From contig CAVRNU010000048.1 in NCBI GenBank assembly GCA_963722585.1, positions 87,136 to 151,135 on the forward strand: a DNA stretch of 64,000 bases, read 5' to 3'. This DNA is from Bryobacterales bacterium (GTDB taxonomy: Bacteria > Acidobacteriota > Terriglobia > Bryobacterales > Bryobacteraceae). This document shows positions 10,677 through 21,536 of the stretch, piece by piece; the stretch's first letter is position 1, and each line of letters opens with the position of its first letter. Below the pieces are notes generated by a model. It saw only the letters and a list, made by a program, of their open reading frames with translations. It was not told where the DNA came from and did no database searches. The position numbers and the translations under genes were made by a program.

Positions 10677-13354
10677 ATGTCCCGGCTCCTCCAGTGGCGT
10701 TCCCTCTTCCGCCGCAAACGGTTCGAAGGCGATATGGCGGACGAGTTTGCCTTTCACCTCCAGGCCCGGACAGGAGACTTGATACGTTCCGGGCTTTCGC
10801 CTGACGAGGCAGAGCGGCGCGCGCGGGTCGAATTCGGCGGAAAAGAGCGATACCGCGCCGAATGCCGCGAATCGCATCGCGTGCACTGGCTCGACGAAGC
10901 GGCGCGTAGCATTCGCTATGCCTTGCGCAACCTGCGAAAGTCTGCGGCATTCTCGGTCGTCGGAATCGCATCGCTGGCGCTGGGCCTGGCTGCAGTAGGC
11001 GTGACCTTTGCGGTAGTGGACACGGTTCTGCTGCGTCCGCTGCCGTTCGCGGACTCCGACCGGATCGTAACCATTTCTCAGAAGGTTCCAATTCTCAGCA
11101 CATCCCCAACGGTAGTAACTGCCGGCGAGTTTCAAAGCTGGCAACAGTCCGGCTTGTTCGACTCGGCAGCTCTCGTCGACACGGCGGAATACACGCTCGA
11201 AGACCACGGGACATCCGGAACGCATTTATGGAGCGAGCGTGACGCCCGAATTTTTTCGCGTTTTTCGTCTGCATCCCATTGCAGGCCGGGGGTTCTTGGC
11301 CGAGGACGCAACTGAAGGACGCAGCAACGTGATCGTCTTGAGTCATCAGCTTTGGGCTCGACACTTCGGAAGCGACCGCAGCGTGATCGGGAAGACGATT
11401 CGCCTGAGCGGCGCGCCTATGACGGTGATCGGAGTAATGCCGGCTCGGATTCGATTTTCCGCGTTTGACGGATGTTTCGGCGATCATGAGCTGGGCGCCG
11501 GAACAAGCCGAATTTTGGACGCCCTTTGTCATCGCTTCAAAGATTCTGGAAGAAGAGAATTTCAATTACTACGCGCTGGGGCGCTTGCGCGATGGTGTGA
11601 CCTACAAACGGGCAGCAGCGCAATTTCTTGCTACGGCGGTTCATTTATTCAAAGACCAGGAAATCAAGGATCCGCAATACAGGCCCATTATCGAGCAGGT
11701 GCTGGGCGCTTTCGTCGTTTACGTTACGCCGCTGCGCGACACGATGGGCTGGGGAATCCGCGACGTGCTGTGGATGCTGCTCGCGGCGGTAGCCCTTCTT
11801 TTGATACTGGTTCTATTCAATTTCGGCAATCTGCTGCTTACACGCAGTGCGCACAGGCTGCGCGAATACACAGTCCGCCAGGCTCTGGGGGCGAGCCGAT
11901 GGCAACTGTTCCGCCAGAGCTTCTTCGAGCAAACAGTGCTGGTTGGCTTGGCTTCGGCCGTCGCCGCTGTGCTCACAGAATGGGGTATCTACGTTGTGCG
12001 AGCCGTTGGAGCCGACAAAGTGCCTCGTTTCTATGAACTGCGCTTCAGCTTCCTGGATTTCGCTCTACTGCTGGGCATGGCGTTCTCTACGGCCTTAATT
12101 TTTGGAACGCTCTCGCAAGCGCTGATCTCGGAGAGGGCGCTCGCCTCCGGGTTGAACTCGCACGGCCGCACCTCGACAACCGATCGCCAAACTAGCCGCT
12201 TAAGGTTTGTGCTGATGACGGTGGAGATTGCAGTTTCCGCTGTTCTGCTGGTGAGTGCGGGCCTTCTGCTGAAGAGTTTCAAGAACGTCATTGAAGAACA
12301 GCCGGGCTTCAACCCCCAGCATGTGCTGACGGTACGCGTGCCATTCAATCCTAAGAAAACCGACAAGCCGGAAAAGCGGCTACAACATATTCGCGAGCTG
12401 CTCGACCGGCTGGATGCTTTGCCTGGCGTTATATCGGCTTCGGCGGTCAGATATCTTCCTCTGACAGGCGACGTAGAGATTCACAGTGTACGTGCATTGG
12501 GTAGACCTCTACCGCAAGAAGCGGAGAACATTTCAGCCGAATACCGCGTGATCGACGCCGCCTATTTCCGCACCATGCAGATTCCTCTAATCGCCGGGCG
12601 AGAGTTCAGGCCCGACGATCCCGGCACGTCTGCCGTAATAAACAGGAAAATGGCAAGCCATCTGTGGCCGGGCGAAGACCCGATCGGCAAACAGTTCACA
12701 GACGGAGACAACCCTCCGGTGAAGGTAATCGGTGTCGTGGGCGATGTGCATAACGCATCGCTCGAGAAGCCGGCGATGATGCAGTTCTACCGTCTGATAT
12801 CGGCCGACCCATATAACGCCGGGACATTCGTAATCCGCTCCGCGCACGATCCAGAGAGCCTGGTCCCGCTGGTACAAAAGGCGATCTGGCAATTGGATGC
12901 TTCAGAGCCCGTGACGCATGCGCAAACCATGGAACGCCTGCTCGAGTCGGTCACGCTGCCGCGGCGATTCGAGACGGCACTCGTGAGCAGCTTTGCGGTG
13001 GTAGCGCTGTTCCTGTCGGCCTTAGGGTTGTTCAGCGTGGCATCGCTCTCCGCCGCTCGAAGAACGCGCGAGTTCGGTATTCGACTGGCCGTGGGCGCCA
13101 CCGGCGGTCAAATCGTGCGATTGGAACTGGCGCGAACGGCAACGATGGTCATCGTAGGACTCTGCCTCGGCTTATTCGCTTGTTTGATCGTGGCGCGAGC
13201 CATGGCTGGATTGCTTTACAAAGTGACACCCTGGAGCGGAGAAGTGTTTGCCGCTTCATCACTCGTACTAATCGCGTCAGCGCTCCTTGCCGCGTGGCTG
13301 CCCGCACGCCGCGCAGGCCGCATCGACCCGGCATCCGCGCTGCGCATTGAATGA
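10677..13354 (+). CDS. ADOP-type (acidobacterial duplicated orphan permease, MacB/FtsX-like) ABC permease, two +1 frameshifts (~11210, ~11457)
   Basis: EFAFHL...ARVEFGG N-terminus, MacB periplasmic cores, RREFGIRLAVGA, PARRAGRIDPASALRIE. Three ORF pieces join after removing single extra bases in homopolymers. Confidence 0.88.
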
Positions 13355-14136
13355 ACCTTGGCCGTCTCCGCACCGCGGTTTGCCCGCTCCTGGCCCAACC
13401 CCCGATAGCACAACTGGCTACCCAGAAATATCAGCACAATCAGCAAACCAATTCGCAATGGCCGTTGAGCAATTCTGCCTGTCAACAGCGAACCCGCTAT
13501 CGCGCCGGCAATTCCGCCCGTTGCAAGCAGCAGAAGAATGTGGAGATCGTAATTACCCAGCGTGAGCTGAAATCCACTGCCGATCAATGCCACCGCAAGC
13601 CCGAAGCAAAGATCGGTGCCGATCACCTCAGACGCGCTCAGCGTCGTCATCCCGAGCAGCAGAAGTGAACCCAGCGCCCCGGCCCCGGCCGACGAGAAGC
13701 CAACTTCCAGCCCGATGAGGAACGCGAAATAGGGCAGATAGCGCGCGCGATCTACGTTACTCGATCCGCCCCGCCCACGGAACATACGCCAAAGATGAAA
13801 AATAGCCGTAGCAGCGATGATGAGGCCGAGCGAAATGTTGATGACATCCTCTCGCGCTTCGTGCTGAAGCCGGTTCAAAAGCAGCGATCCGATGGCAACG
13901 CCTGGCACACCGCCATACAGAAGGTATCGGAAAATTCGAAAATTCACCTGCCCGCGAAATAAATAAACCGGCGTGCAGATACACTTCACCAAGAAACCGA
14001 AGGCGAGCGCTGTGCCAACTCCTTTGGCCGGCGATATGCCTGTCAGAATCACGAGCAGCGGGGTAGTCAGACTGCCCGCCCCAACTCCCGTGAGCGCGAT
14101 CGCAAAAGCGATAAGGAATCCAAGGACGATTTCCAC
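13216..14136 (-). CDS. TauE/SafE family sulfite exporter
   Basis: ALTGVGAGSLTTP, GTALAFG, GFSSAGAGALG, VIGTDL. The hydrophilic tail overlapping the permease suggests the true stop is near 13350. Confidence 0.85.
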   Translation of the reverse strand: MEIVLGFLIAFAIALTGVGAGSLTTPLLVILTGISPAKGVGTALAFGFLVKCICTPVYLFRGQVNFRIFRYLLYGGVPGVAIGSLLLNRLQHEAREDVINISLGLIIAATAIFHLWRMFRGRGGSSNVDRARYLPYFAFLIGLEVGFSSAGAGALGSLLLLGMTTLSASEVIGTDLCFGLAVALIGSGFQLTLGNYDLHILLLLATGGIAGAIAGSLLTGRIAQRPLRIGLLIVLIFLGSQLCYRGLGQERANRGAETAKVHSMRSADAGSMRPARRAGSHAARSADAISTSDEAANTSPLQGVTL

Positions 14137-14142
14137 TTCGGG

Positions 14143-14835
14143 TCAACCCTCTGCGATATGGATTCCACACTCGACCTTACGGCCCGCCCAGCGGCCCGAG
14201 CGCAGATTCTCCGGATCAATCGGCAACAAGGTGCAAGGTTCGCATCCGATACTCGTATAGCCCTTCTCGTACAGCGGCAGCAGCGGAATCCCGTTTTGCC
14301 GTGCGAACGTCCAAACATCGCGGTCGGTCCAGAATGCCAGGGGGCTCACTTTCGCTATCTTCTTTCCGCTCGGCAGCGGAAACACGTCGTGTATCGCCAG
14401 GTTGGCCCGCGTCGGCGATTGCACTCTGCGAAGTCCGGTAAACCAGGCATCGTAGCCTTCGAGAGCATCGAACAACGGCCCGACTTTGCGTAGCTTGCAG
14501 CACTGGTCGGGCGCGCTCCGGTACAACACGCCGAACTGCCGTTCCTGTTCCGCGACGCTCTGCTTCGGCATGAGGTTGATCAGGTTCAAGCCATATTTCG
14601 CCGTCATCTCGTCGCGATATTCGTACACCTCGCGAAAGTGATATCCGGTTTCGAGAAACAGAACAGGAATGTCGGGCACGCTCTCGCGCAAAAGCATGAG
14701 CACCGCCATGTCTTCCGCCTGAAAGCTGCATGTGAAGCAGGACCGCTGAGCCGTTGCAAGCGTTTGGAGAACGGCCTCGCGCGCCTCGCTCAATTTATCC
14801 GTCTCAACATTCAGCTCGGTCGTCTCAAATGCCAT
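14143..14835 (-). CDS. cysH: APS/PAPS reductase with 4Fe-4S cysteines
   Basis: SFQAED, ETGYHF, CCKLRK, SIGCEPCT, RSGRW, ECGIH. Confidence 0.92.
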   Translation of the reverse strand: MAFETTELNVETDKLSEAREAVLQTLATAQRSCFTCSFQAEDMAVLMLLRESVPDIPVLFLETGYHFREVYEYRDEMTAKYGLNLINLMPKQSVAEQERQFGVLYRSAPDQCCKLRKVGPLFDALEGYDAWFTGLRRVQSPTRANLAIHDVFPLPSGKKIAKVSPLAFWTDRDVWTFARQNGIPLLPLYEKGYTSIGCEPCTLLPIDPENLRSGRWAGRKVECGIHIAEG

Positions 14836-16537
14836 CGCTCTCCGTCCAAACCTCCGCCGGAAGAAGTATCTGCGTCCGTTCGAGCAGGCGGAAAATCGCT
14901 CGGGCGGAATCGTCGTCGCTCGCCGGAAGCAAGCCGGGCTCGATTTCGAATTCGCCATCCGATGTCACAATGCGGAAATCGGAACGGGTGGCGCTAGCGA
15001 CAATTGCAATGAATCCGGCTCCGCGCAGTGGAACCGCCCAACTCTCGTCCCATTTGTTGAAAACGGCTACATTCGAGCCGCGATCGAACAGCCGTCTCTC
15101 GAGACCCTGTGCCAACGCCTGCCGCGCCCCTAAATGAATAACGGCGCCGCGGTGCTTCCACCGCGCCACGCGCTCTCCCGGAGTCACTACGCCACTCTGG
15201 CGCCCGTCAGCAGGCGCGAGTGGCGTCCGCGTATCGCGCGCCGCGCCCACAATCATTCCCGCGGCAACGGTTGCATTCGTCACCGGGTCGATCAGAATAA
15301 AACTTCCCGTGCCCCGATGATCTTTGTAGCTATCGAAATATAGCGGCCGCGCCGTTTCTATCCGCGCGAGCCCGATCTGGTTCATCTCGAGCGTCGCGGC
15401 CGGCTCGTGCGCGAGCGTGTTGATGTTGACCGCATAGTGGATGGTCTTGATCTCAGCCCATTCCTGATGACTTGTATGTTTCAGCCGGTACCGCGTCTGC
15501 GGATCGAGTGCATGATCGTTCAGCCACACGATCGTTGTATCGAACAACCGCGCTACCGCCGGTGTCGAGCGCGATGCCACGAGCATGTCGCCGCGCACCA
15601 GGTCCACTTCATCTTCGAGAGTTAATGTGACCGACTGCGGCGCCTCGGCTTCCTTCAGGTCTCCGTCAAACGTCACGATGCGCTTGACGCGTGCGCTCCG
15701 CCCGGAGGGCAGCACAGTAACCGCGTCTCCTACTCGCACGCTCCCCGATGCGATCTGTCCGGCGTAGCCCCGGAAATCCAGGTTCGGACGCACAATGCGT
15801 TGAATCGGAAACCGGAATGCCGCGTTCTCCGCGCGTCCGCCCACCGGCACCGTCTCGAGGCATTCAATCAAGCTCGGGCCGCTGTACCACGGCATCCTTG
15901 TGCTGCGCGCGACAACATTGTCGCCCTCGAGCGCGCTGATTGGAATAAAGATTGGCTCAATGCTTTGGAACTGCGAGAGAAACCGCCTGAAATCTACTTC
16001 AATCGCGCTGTATACGGCCTCGCTGTACTCGACAAGGTCCATCTTGTTCACCGCGATAATCAGGCGAGGCAACCCAAGAAGCGAGGCAATATAAGAATGC
16101 CGTTTCGATTGCGGCAGCAAGCCTTTTCGCGCGTCAACCAGAATCACCGCCAGTTCCGCCGTGGACGCGCCCGTCACCATGTTGCGTGTATACTGCTCGT
16201 GCCCCGGCGTGTCGGCAATGATAAATTTGCGGTTAGGAGTCGAGAAATACCGGTACGCGACGTCGATCGTGATCCCCTGTTCGCGTTCCGCGCGAAGCCC
16301 GTCGGTGAGCAGCGAGAAGTCGATCGGTCCCGCGTTCCGTCCCGCCGAGGCCTTCGTCACCGACTCGAGCTGATCTTCATACACGCTGCGCGAATCGTAC
16401 AGCAGCCTGCCAATCAGCGTCGATTTCCCATCGTCCACGCTGCCCGCCGTCGTAAACCGCAATAAATCCTTGGCTTCATCAGCCGCCAGAAACGATTCGA
16501 AAGAAGGCTCAGCAGCCGCTGCTGTCACGGTTGCCAC
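14825..16537 (-). CDS. cysN: Sulfate adenylyltransferase subunit 1 with degenerate C-terminal APS-kinase-like tail
   Basis: GSVDDGKSTLIGRLL, AEREQGITIDVAYRYF, DTPGHEQY, NKMD. GTG start overlaps the cysD stop. Confidence 0.95.
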   Translation of the reverse strand: MATVTAAAAEPSFESFLAADEAKDLLRFTTAGSVDDGKSTLIGRLLYDSRSVYEDQLESVTKASAGRNAGPIDFSLLTDGLRAEREQGITIDVAYRYFSTPNRKFIIADTPGHEQYTRNMVTGASTAELAVILVDARKGLLPQSKRHSYIASLLGLPRLIIAVNKMDLVEYSEAVYSAIEVDFRRFLSQFQSIEPIFIPISALEGDNVVARSTRMPWYSGPSLIECLETVPVGGRAENAAFRFPIQRIVRPNLDFRGYAGQIASGSVRVGDAVTVLPSGRSARVKRIVTFDGDLKEAEAPQSVTLTLEDEVDLVRGDMLVASRSTPAVARLFDTTIVWLNDHALDPQTRYRLKHTSHQEWAEIKTIHYAVNINTLAHEPAATLEMNQIGLARIETARPLYFDSYKDHRGTGSFILIDPVTNATVAAGMIVGAARDTRTPLAPADGRQSGVVTPGERVARWKHRGAVIHLGARQALAQGLERRLFDRGSNVAVFNKWDESWAVPLRGAGFIAIVASATRSDFRIVTSDGEFEIEPGLLPASDDDSARAIFRLLERTQILLPAEVWTESDGI

Positions 16538-17439
16538 TAAAAATAGCCCTCTTGTTTCTTCAGCTCCATCGACCCGTCCGTGTCGTGGTCGATAACCCGG
16601 TTTTGCCGCTCCGACAATCGCATACTGAACAGTTCTTCGATGATCTTCGGTACCGTGTCCGCTTCCGAATAAATTGCCCCCGTGCACGGGCTGCAGCCCA
16701 GCGATCGCATGCGGCATCGCACCATCTTCGGCTCCTCGCCAGGCAGGCGCGGTATAAATGGCTGCTCGACCGAAATCAAAGAATCGCCCCGCACCAGCAT
16801 CGGCCGCAGCTTCGCGAAATACATAGGAACAATGGGTATGTTTTCGACGTGTATGTACTGCCACACGTCCAGCTCCGTCCAGTTCGACAGCGGAAACACT
16901 CTCAAACTCTCGCCTGGATCGATCCGCGCGTTATATAGATTCCACAGTTCCGGCCGCTGATTACGCGGATTCCATTGACCCCGCACATCGCGGAACGAAA
17001 AGATGCGCTCCTTGGCGCGCGACCGTTCTTCATCCCGCCTCGCGCCGCCGATCGCCGCATCAAACCCGCCGTTTCGCAAGCCATCGAGTAACGATTGCGT
17101 CTTCAGCGCTCCGCAGCAGCGTTGCGTTCCCCACGCGTACGGGTTGGAGCCTTCATCCAAAGCCGCTTGATTTTTTTGAACAATCAGCTTCAAACCGAGC
17201 TCGGCCGTATAACGGTCCCGAAACTCGATCATTTCTTTGAATTTGTATCCCGTATCCACATGCAGCAGAGGAAACGGAAGCGGGCCCGGATAGAATGCCT
17301 TCTGTGCCAAACGCAACAGAACCGAGGAATCCTTCCCGATCGAATAGAGTAAAACCGGGCGCTGGCACTCCGAGGCGACCTCGCGCAGAATGTGGATGCT
17401 CTCGGCCTCCAACAGCTTGAGGTGGTTGAGACGGGACAT
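16537..17439 (-). CDS. cysD: Sulfate adenylyltransferase subunit 2
   Basis: [41 protein letters not shown]. Confidence 0.97.
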   Translation of the reverse strand: MSRLNHLKLLEAESIHILREVASECQRPVLLYSIGKDSSVLLRLAQKAFYPGPLPFPLLHVDTGYKFKEMIEFRDRYTAELGLKLIVQKNQAALDEGSNPYAWGTQRCCGALKTQSLLDGLRNGGFDAAIGGARRDEERSRAKERIFSFRDVRGQWNPRNQRPELWNLYNARIDPGESLRVFPLSNWTELDVWQYIHVENIPIVPMYFAKLRPMLVRGDSLISVEQPFIPRLPGEEPKMVRCRMRSLGCSPCTGAIYSEADTVPKIIEELFSMRLSERQNRVIDHDTDGSMELKKQEGYF

Positions 17440-17545
17440 CGTTTGTGCCTATCGTAGCACGAAATTCCCATCCTCCATGGACAAAGAGGGGATTTGAAGG
17501 CCAGCGGCTAAACTGGATTTATTATCAACCGTTTAGGGCTTCTAT

Positions 17546-18034
17546 TTAGAACTCGATTCGGTCCTTGATCGAATCGATCTTGGCGGCATCCAGGCTCGCA
17601 ACTTTCCTCAGATCCGCAAGCGACTTATAGTCGCCGTTTTGTTGCCGGTAATCCACAATTGCCTTCGCCTGCTCGTCCGATAGGCCCAGGCCCGTCTTCA
17701 ATTCATCAACCGGCGCCTTATTTACGTTCACCTTCTTCGCTGTCGTGGATGAGGGACTGAAATTTGCAGCGAGGTAATCGACAATTTGCGCAAAATCGTC
17801 GTCCGATCCCTGCGCGCCGCGCTGTATCATGTCTTCCACAACCTGCGTCCAGCCATCTTTAGTCAACCGCTTCCCCATCACGATCTCGGGTCCGTGGCAA
17901 GCGCTGCAAACTCTTTCGACCACGTCTTTTCCCGGGCCGTCGGGCAATTGCTTTTGTGGAGGGGGAGCGCCCATCGCCGTACACATGCCAACGGAGGCGG
18001 CCAGAATTGCGATCTCGATGATTTTCGAATGCAC
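17546..18034 (-). CDS. Exported c-type cytochrome (CxxCH) fused to ComEA-like helix-hairpin-helix domain
   Basis: Signal peptide, CSACH, then VNVNKA..ELKTGLGL...AKAIVDYR...G.YKS..DL.KV. Confidence 0.8.
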   Translation of the reverse strand: MHSKIIEIAILAASVGMCTAMGAPPPQKQLPDGPGKDVVERVCSACHGPEIVMGKRLTKDGWTQVVEDMIQRGAQGSDDDFAQIVDYLAANFSPSSTTAKKVNVNKAPVDELKTGLGLSDEQAKAIVDYRQQNGDYKSLADLRKVASLDAAKIDSIKDRIEF

Positions 18035-18166
18035 GCTGTAATCTCGCTTCTACTTCCGATTATCGCGATCCGTATAGACGCAATCAACGAGCGTCAGCGG
18101 CCGGCGCCTTTTTTCCACTGTGATATAACCTCCTAGGACTTGAAACGTTACAATCGACGAAATTGA

Positions 18167-19714
18167 ATGCAAAAACTCAGTTTCTTCCTCGCGCTCTTGC
18201 TCGGGCCCGCGCTCGTCCACGCCGCCGATTGGCCAACTGACGGCGGCGATTCCAAACGCGACGCCTGGCAAAAACACGAGGACATTCTTGACAAAGAAAA
18301 TGTCGGCGGCCTGAAGCTTTTATGGAAGCTGAAGCTCGATAACGAACCGCGCGAGATGCATTCGCTGTTCCCGCCGATGATTGCCGGCCAGGTAAAGACC
18401 GCGAGCGGAACGAAACAAATCGCCATTGAAGCCGGTTCCTCTGACAACCTCTACGCGATCGACGTGGATGCGGGCGCCGTCCTCTGGAAGAAACACTTCC
18501 CCTACAAATCGGACCGGCCGCAATTGCCTGGCCGCGGCCCCCTCTGCCCAGGCGGACTCGTTGCGACGCCCGTAATTGGGCCCGCAACCGAAGCAGGCGC
18601 AAGAACGGTTTATGCCGCATCCAGCGACGGCATGCTTCATTCTCTGAATCTGGCCGACGGCGAGGACGTCGCTCCTCCCGTCAACTACCTTCCACCTAAC
18701 GCGAAAGCCTATGCTCTGAACCTGCACGACAACGTGGTCTACAGCACCACGGCGCAAGGCTGCGGCGGTAACCAAAACGGCGTCTACGCCATTGACTTAA
18801 GCAGCCCCGACAAAAAAGTGACTACGTTCTTCCCCGGCGGAGGCGGCGGCTTGTGGGGACGCACCGGAGCCGCTATCGGCTCGGACGGAACCGTGTACGC
18901 GCCGACCGGCGATGGCCCTTTCGATCCGGCCCGGCACGAATTCAGTGAATCGCTCATCGCCGTTACGCCCAAGGATCTGAAGCTCAAAGACTACTATTCG
19001 CCGACCGACGCGGCCTTCATGTGGAAGCGCGATCTCGACATGAACGTAACTCCGGCGATTTTCAGCTACAATGGCCGCGATCTCGTCGTAACTTCGAGTA
19101 AGGAATGCCGCGTGTTCCTGCTCGATTCGAAATCACTCGGCGGCGCCGATCATCGGACGCCCTTGTTCCGCTCGCCTCTGATGTGCAACGAGGAAGTAAA
19201 TTTCGCGAGTGCCGGAGTGTGGGGTAGCCTAGCCACCTGGCAGGATCGAAACGGTACACGCTGGGTGTTGAGCCCTTTCTGGGGACCTGTCCATCCCGGC
19301 TTTAAAGTGCCCGTCTCTTACGGCCCGGTGTTGAACGGAGCCATTGTGGCGTTCAAGGTGGAAGACAAAGACGGGAAAACAGTCTTGACGCCGGCTTGGA
19401 TGTCGCGCGACATGAATTTCGCCGAGCCGCCCGTGATCGCTAACGGAGTGGTCTTCGCCTATGGCAACGGCGAGAACACGGTTCAGGCCACGCCTGAAGA
19501 AGGATTACTAGCCAATACTTCCGAGAATCGCATCCGCAAATCTACCCACGCTGTCATCTATGCTCTCGATGCCGAAACGGGAAGGGAGTTGTGGTCGAGC
19601 GGCGATACCATCACATCCTTTGCGCATTTTTCAGGCTTGTCCGTCGCCAACGGACGAGTTTATCTGGGCACATTCGACAGCAATCTCTATTCGTTCGGTC
19701 TGCCGGGTAAGTAG
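18167..19714 (+). CDS. PQQ-binding-like beta-propeller exported protein (paralog 1)
   Basis: Signal peptide, WPTDGGD..R, LKLLWK, ALDAETGRELWSSG repeats. Confidence 0.78.
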   Translation: MQKLSFFLALLLGPALVHAADWPTDGGDSKRDAWQKHEDILDKENVGGLKLLWKLKLDNEPREMHSLFPPMIAGQVKTASGTKQIAIEAGSSDNLYAIDVDAGAVLWKKHFPYKSDRPQLPGRGPLCPGGLVATPVIGPATEAGARTVYAASSDGMLHSLNLADGEDVAPPVNYLPPNAKAYALNLHDNVVYSTTAQGCGGNQNGVYAIDLSSPDKKVTTFFPGGGGGLWGRTGAAIGSDGTVYAPTGDGPFDPARHEFSESLIAVTPKDLKLKDYYSPTDAAFMWKRDLDMNVTPAIFSYNGRDLVVTSSKECRVFLLDSKSLGGADHRTPLFRSPLMCNEEVNFASAGVWGSLATWQDRNGTRWVLSPFWGPVHPGFKVPVSYGPVLNGAIVAFKVEDKDGKTVLTPAWMSRDMNFAEPPVIANGVVFAYGNGENTVQATPEEGLLANTSENRIRKSTHAVIYALDAETGRELWSSGDTITSFAHFSGLSVANGRVYLGTFDSNLYSFGLPGK

Positions 19715-19715
19715 C

Positions 19716-21275
19716 ATGAGACGAGTCTTTCAACTGGCCGCAATTGTCCTCGGTTGCGCCTGCGCCGCAAGCGCGCAGCTGGGCCACACAACCGATTGGT
19801 GGACTTACGGAGGGGACGCGCAACGAACTGGATGGGGGAAAAGCGAGCAGCGCTTTACGAAAGAAGAAGTGAAGAATTTCCAGCTTTTGTGGAAGCGCAA
19901 GCTCGATAACGGCGCTACAGGCCCGCATAAGCTTCTACCGCCCGTAATTCTCGGCAATCTGATTGGTTATCGAGGCTTCAAAGAGCTGGCCTTCGTCGCC
20001 GGAAGTTCCGATAACTTATGGGTGATTGATGCCGATCTTGACCGGATGTACTGGCAGAAACATTTCGAAATATCGTCCCGCGAAAAACCTGGCGACGATC
20101 AATCGTCTTGCCCGGCCGAACTAACCGCCATGCCTGCGCTGCCGCCGCCTGTGGTCTTCCGCCGGTCGAGCACACCGCGCACAGGCGCTAACAGGATGCG
20201 CGATCTCTTCGCGCCCAAGCCCGTCTACGTTCTTTCGAGCGATGGAACACTGCACCGCCTCAACCAGCAGGACGGCGCGGAAGTCGGCACGCCTATCGAC
20301 TTCGTGCCGCCTGGCTCGAAAGCGCGCAGCCTAAACATCGCCGAGAGCATCGTTTACACCACCACCGCTCGAGCCTGCCACAACGCCCCCAGCGCCGTCT
20401 GGGCAATCGACCTGGACGACTCGCCGCCCAAGGCGCATTCCTTCGTCTTGAAGGGAGCGGAAATCAAAGGGCTCGGCGGCGTAGCCCTCGGTCACGACGG
20501 CGTTGTCTACATACAAACCGGAGACGGCCGGTTCGACCCGGCATCGAATGAATACGCCAATTCTCTTCTGGCGCTTACGCCCAAAGATTTGAAGCTTAAA
20601 TGCTATTTCAGTCTTCCTGACGCGGGCGCCACCAAAAAAGACTTCGATATGAACGTCTCGACACCGGTGATCTTTTCCTACAAGGATCGCGATCTGATCG
20701 TTACGGCTGGCAAAGACGGCCGGCTCTATCTTCTCGATTCGAAGCCTTCCTCGAGCGGCGATCGTATGACTTCCCTGTATCAAACGCCGCCGATATCGAC
20801 GGGCGATGGGAACTCAGCCCGCCGCGGCATCTGGGGTAGCCTTTCAAGTTGGGAAGACGCGGATGGAACCCGCTACGTTCTCGCGCCTGTTTGGGGCCCC
20901 CCTCACTCCGGCCTTACTGCTCCCGTGACCCATGGGGAAACGCCGAACGGTTTCGTTATTGCGTTTAAGCTGCAAGACCAGGACGGCAAACCGATCCTTG
21001 CGCCGGCCTGGATCTCCCGCGACATGATTTCGCCCGCCCCGCCGGTCATCGCGCAAGGCGTCATCTTTGCGCTCTCGAACGGAGACGTTTCCCGGAAAGC
21101 CACTCACGCAACGTTATACGCGCTCGACGCTACAAACGGCGAAGAAATGTATTCCACGGGAAACCAGGTAACTGTCCCAGGCAGCCTGACGGGCTTGTCC
21201 ATTGCAAACAGCCGCTTGTATTTCACAACCGTCGATAACACACTCAACGTGTTTGGCAAATACCTCGAACATTAA
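19716..21275 (+). CDS. PQQ-binding-like beta-propeller exported protein (paralog 2)
   Basis: ATG 1 nt after the paralog-1 stop; shared GVWGSL/GIWGSL and PAW.SRDM..A.P.VIA motifs. Confidence 0.78.
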   Translation: MRRVFQLAAIVLGCACAASAQLGHTTDWWTYGGDAQRTGWGKSEQRFTKEEVKNFQLLWKRKLDNGATGPHKLLPPVILGNLIGYRGFKELAFVAGSSDNLWVIDADLDRMYWQKHFEISSREKPGDDQSSCPAELTAMPALPPPVVFRRSSTPRTGANRMRDLFAPKPVYVLSSDGTLHRLNQQDGAEVGTPIDFVPPGSKARSLNIAESIVYTTTARACHNAPSAVWAIDLDDSPPKAHSFVLKGAEIKGLGGVALGHDGVVYIQTGDGRFDPASNEYANSLLALTPKDLKLKCYFSLPDAGATKKDFDMNVSTPVIFSYKDRDLIVTAGKDGRLYLLDSKPSSSGDRMTSLYQTPPISTGDGNSARRGIWGSLSSWEDADGTRYVLAPVWGPPHSGLTAPVTHGETPNGFVIAFKLQDQDGKPILAPAWISRDMISPAPPVIAQGVIFALSNGDVSRKATHATLYALDATNGEEMYSTGNQVTVPGSLTGLSIANSRLYFTTVDNTLNVFGKYLEH

Positions 21276-21536
21276 ACGCGACTGAAAGGCCGGCGCGCTT
21301 CTCGAAACCGCTGAACCTAAAGTTTTATTACTCGCCCCTAAGAGACCAGCCAGATAGTATCTATGGAGCACGCGTACTACCAAAAAACACTTTCAGCCAA
21401 AATGTTTTCGGCAAGACGTTGCCAAACACGTCCATAAATACTTATAGTCTTGGTATAGCTGGTGATTCGTACTAGCCCTGGGACGCGGCGCCTTATGAAA
21501 AACCACTGGTCGGAAATAAATCGTTAGACGGGAGTC

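Noticed and set aside
17508-17536. CTAAAC-N17-GTTTAG dyad upstream of cysD as a sulfur regulator box
   Set aside because: Only 6-bp arms, directly after the upstream stop; cannot be distinguished from a terminator or chance.
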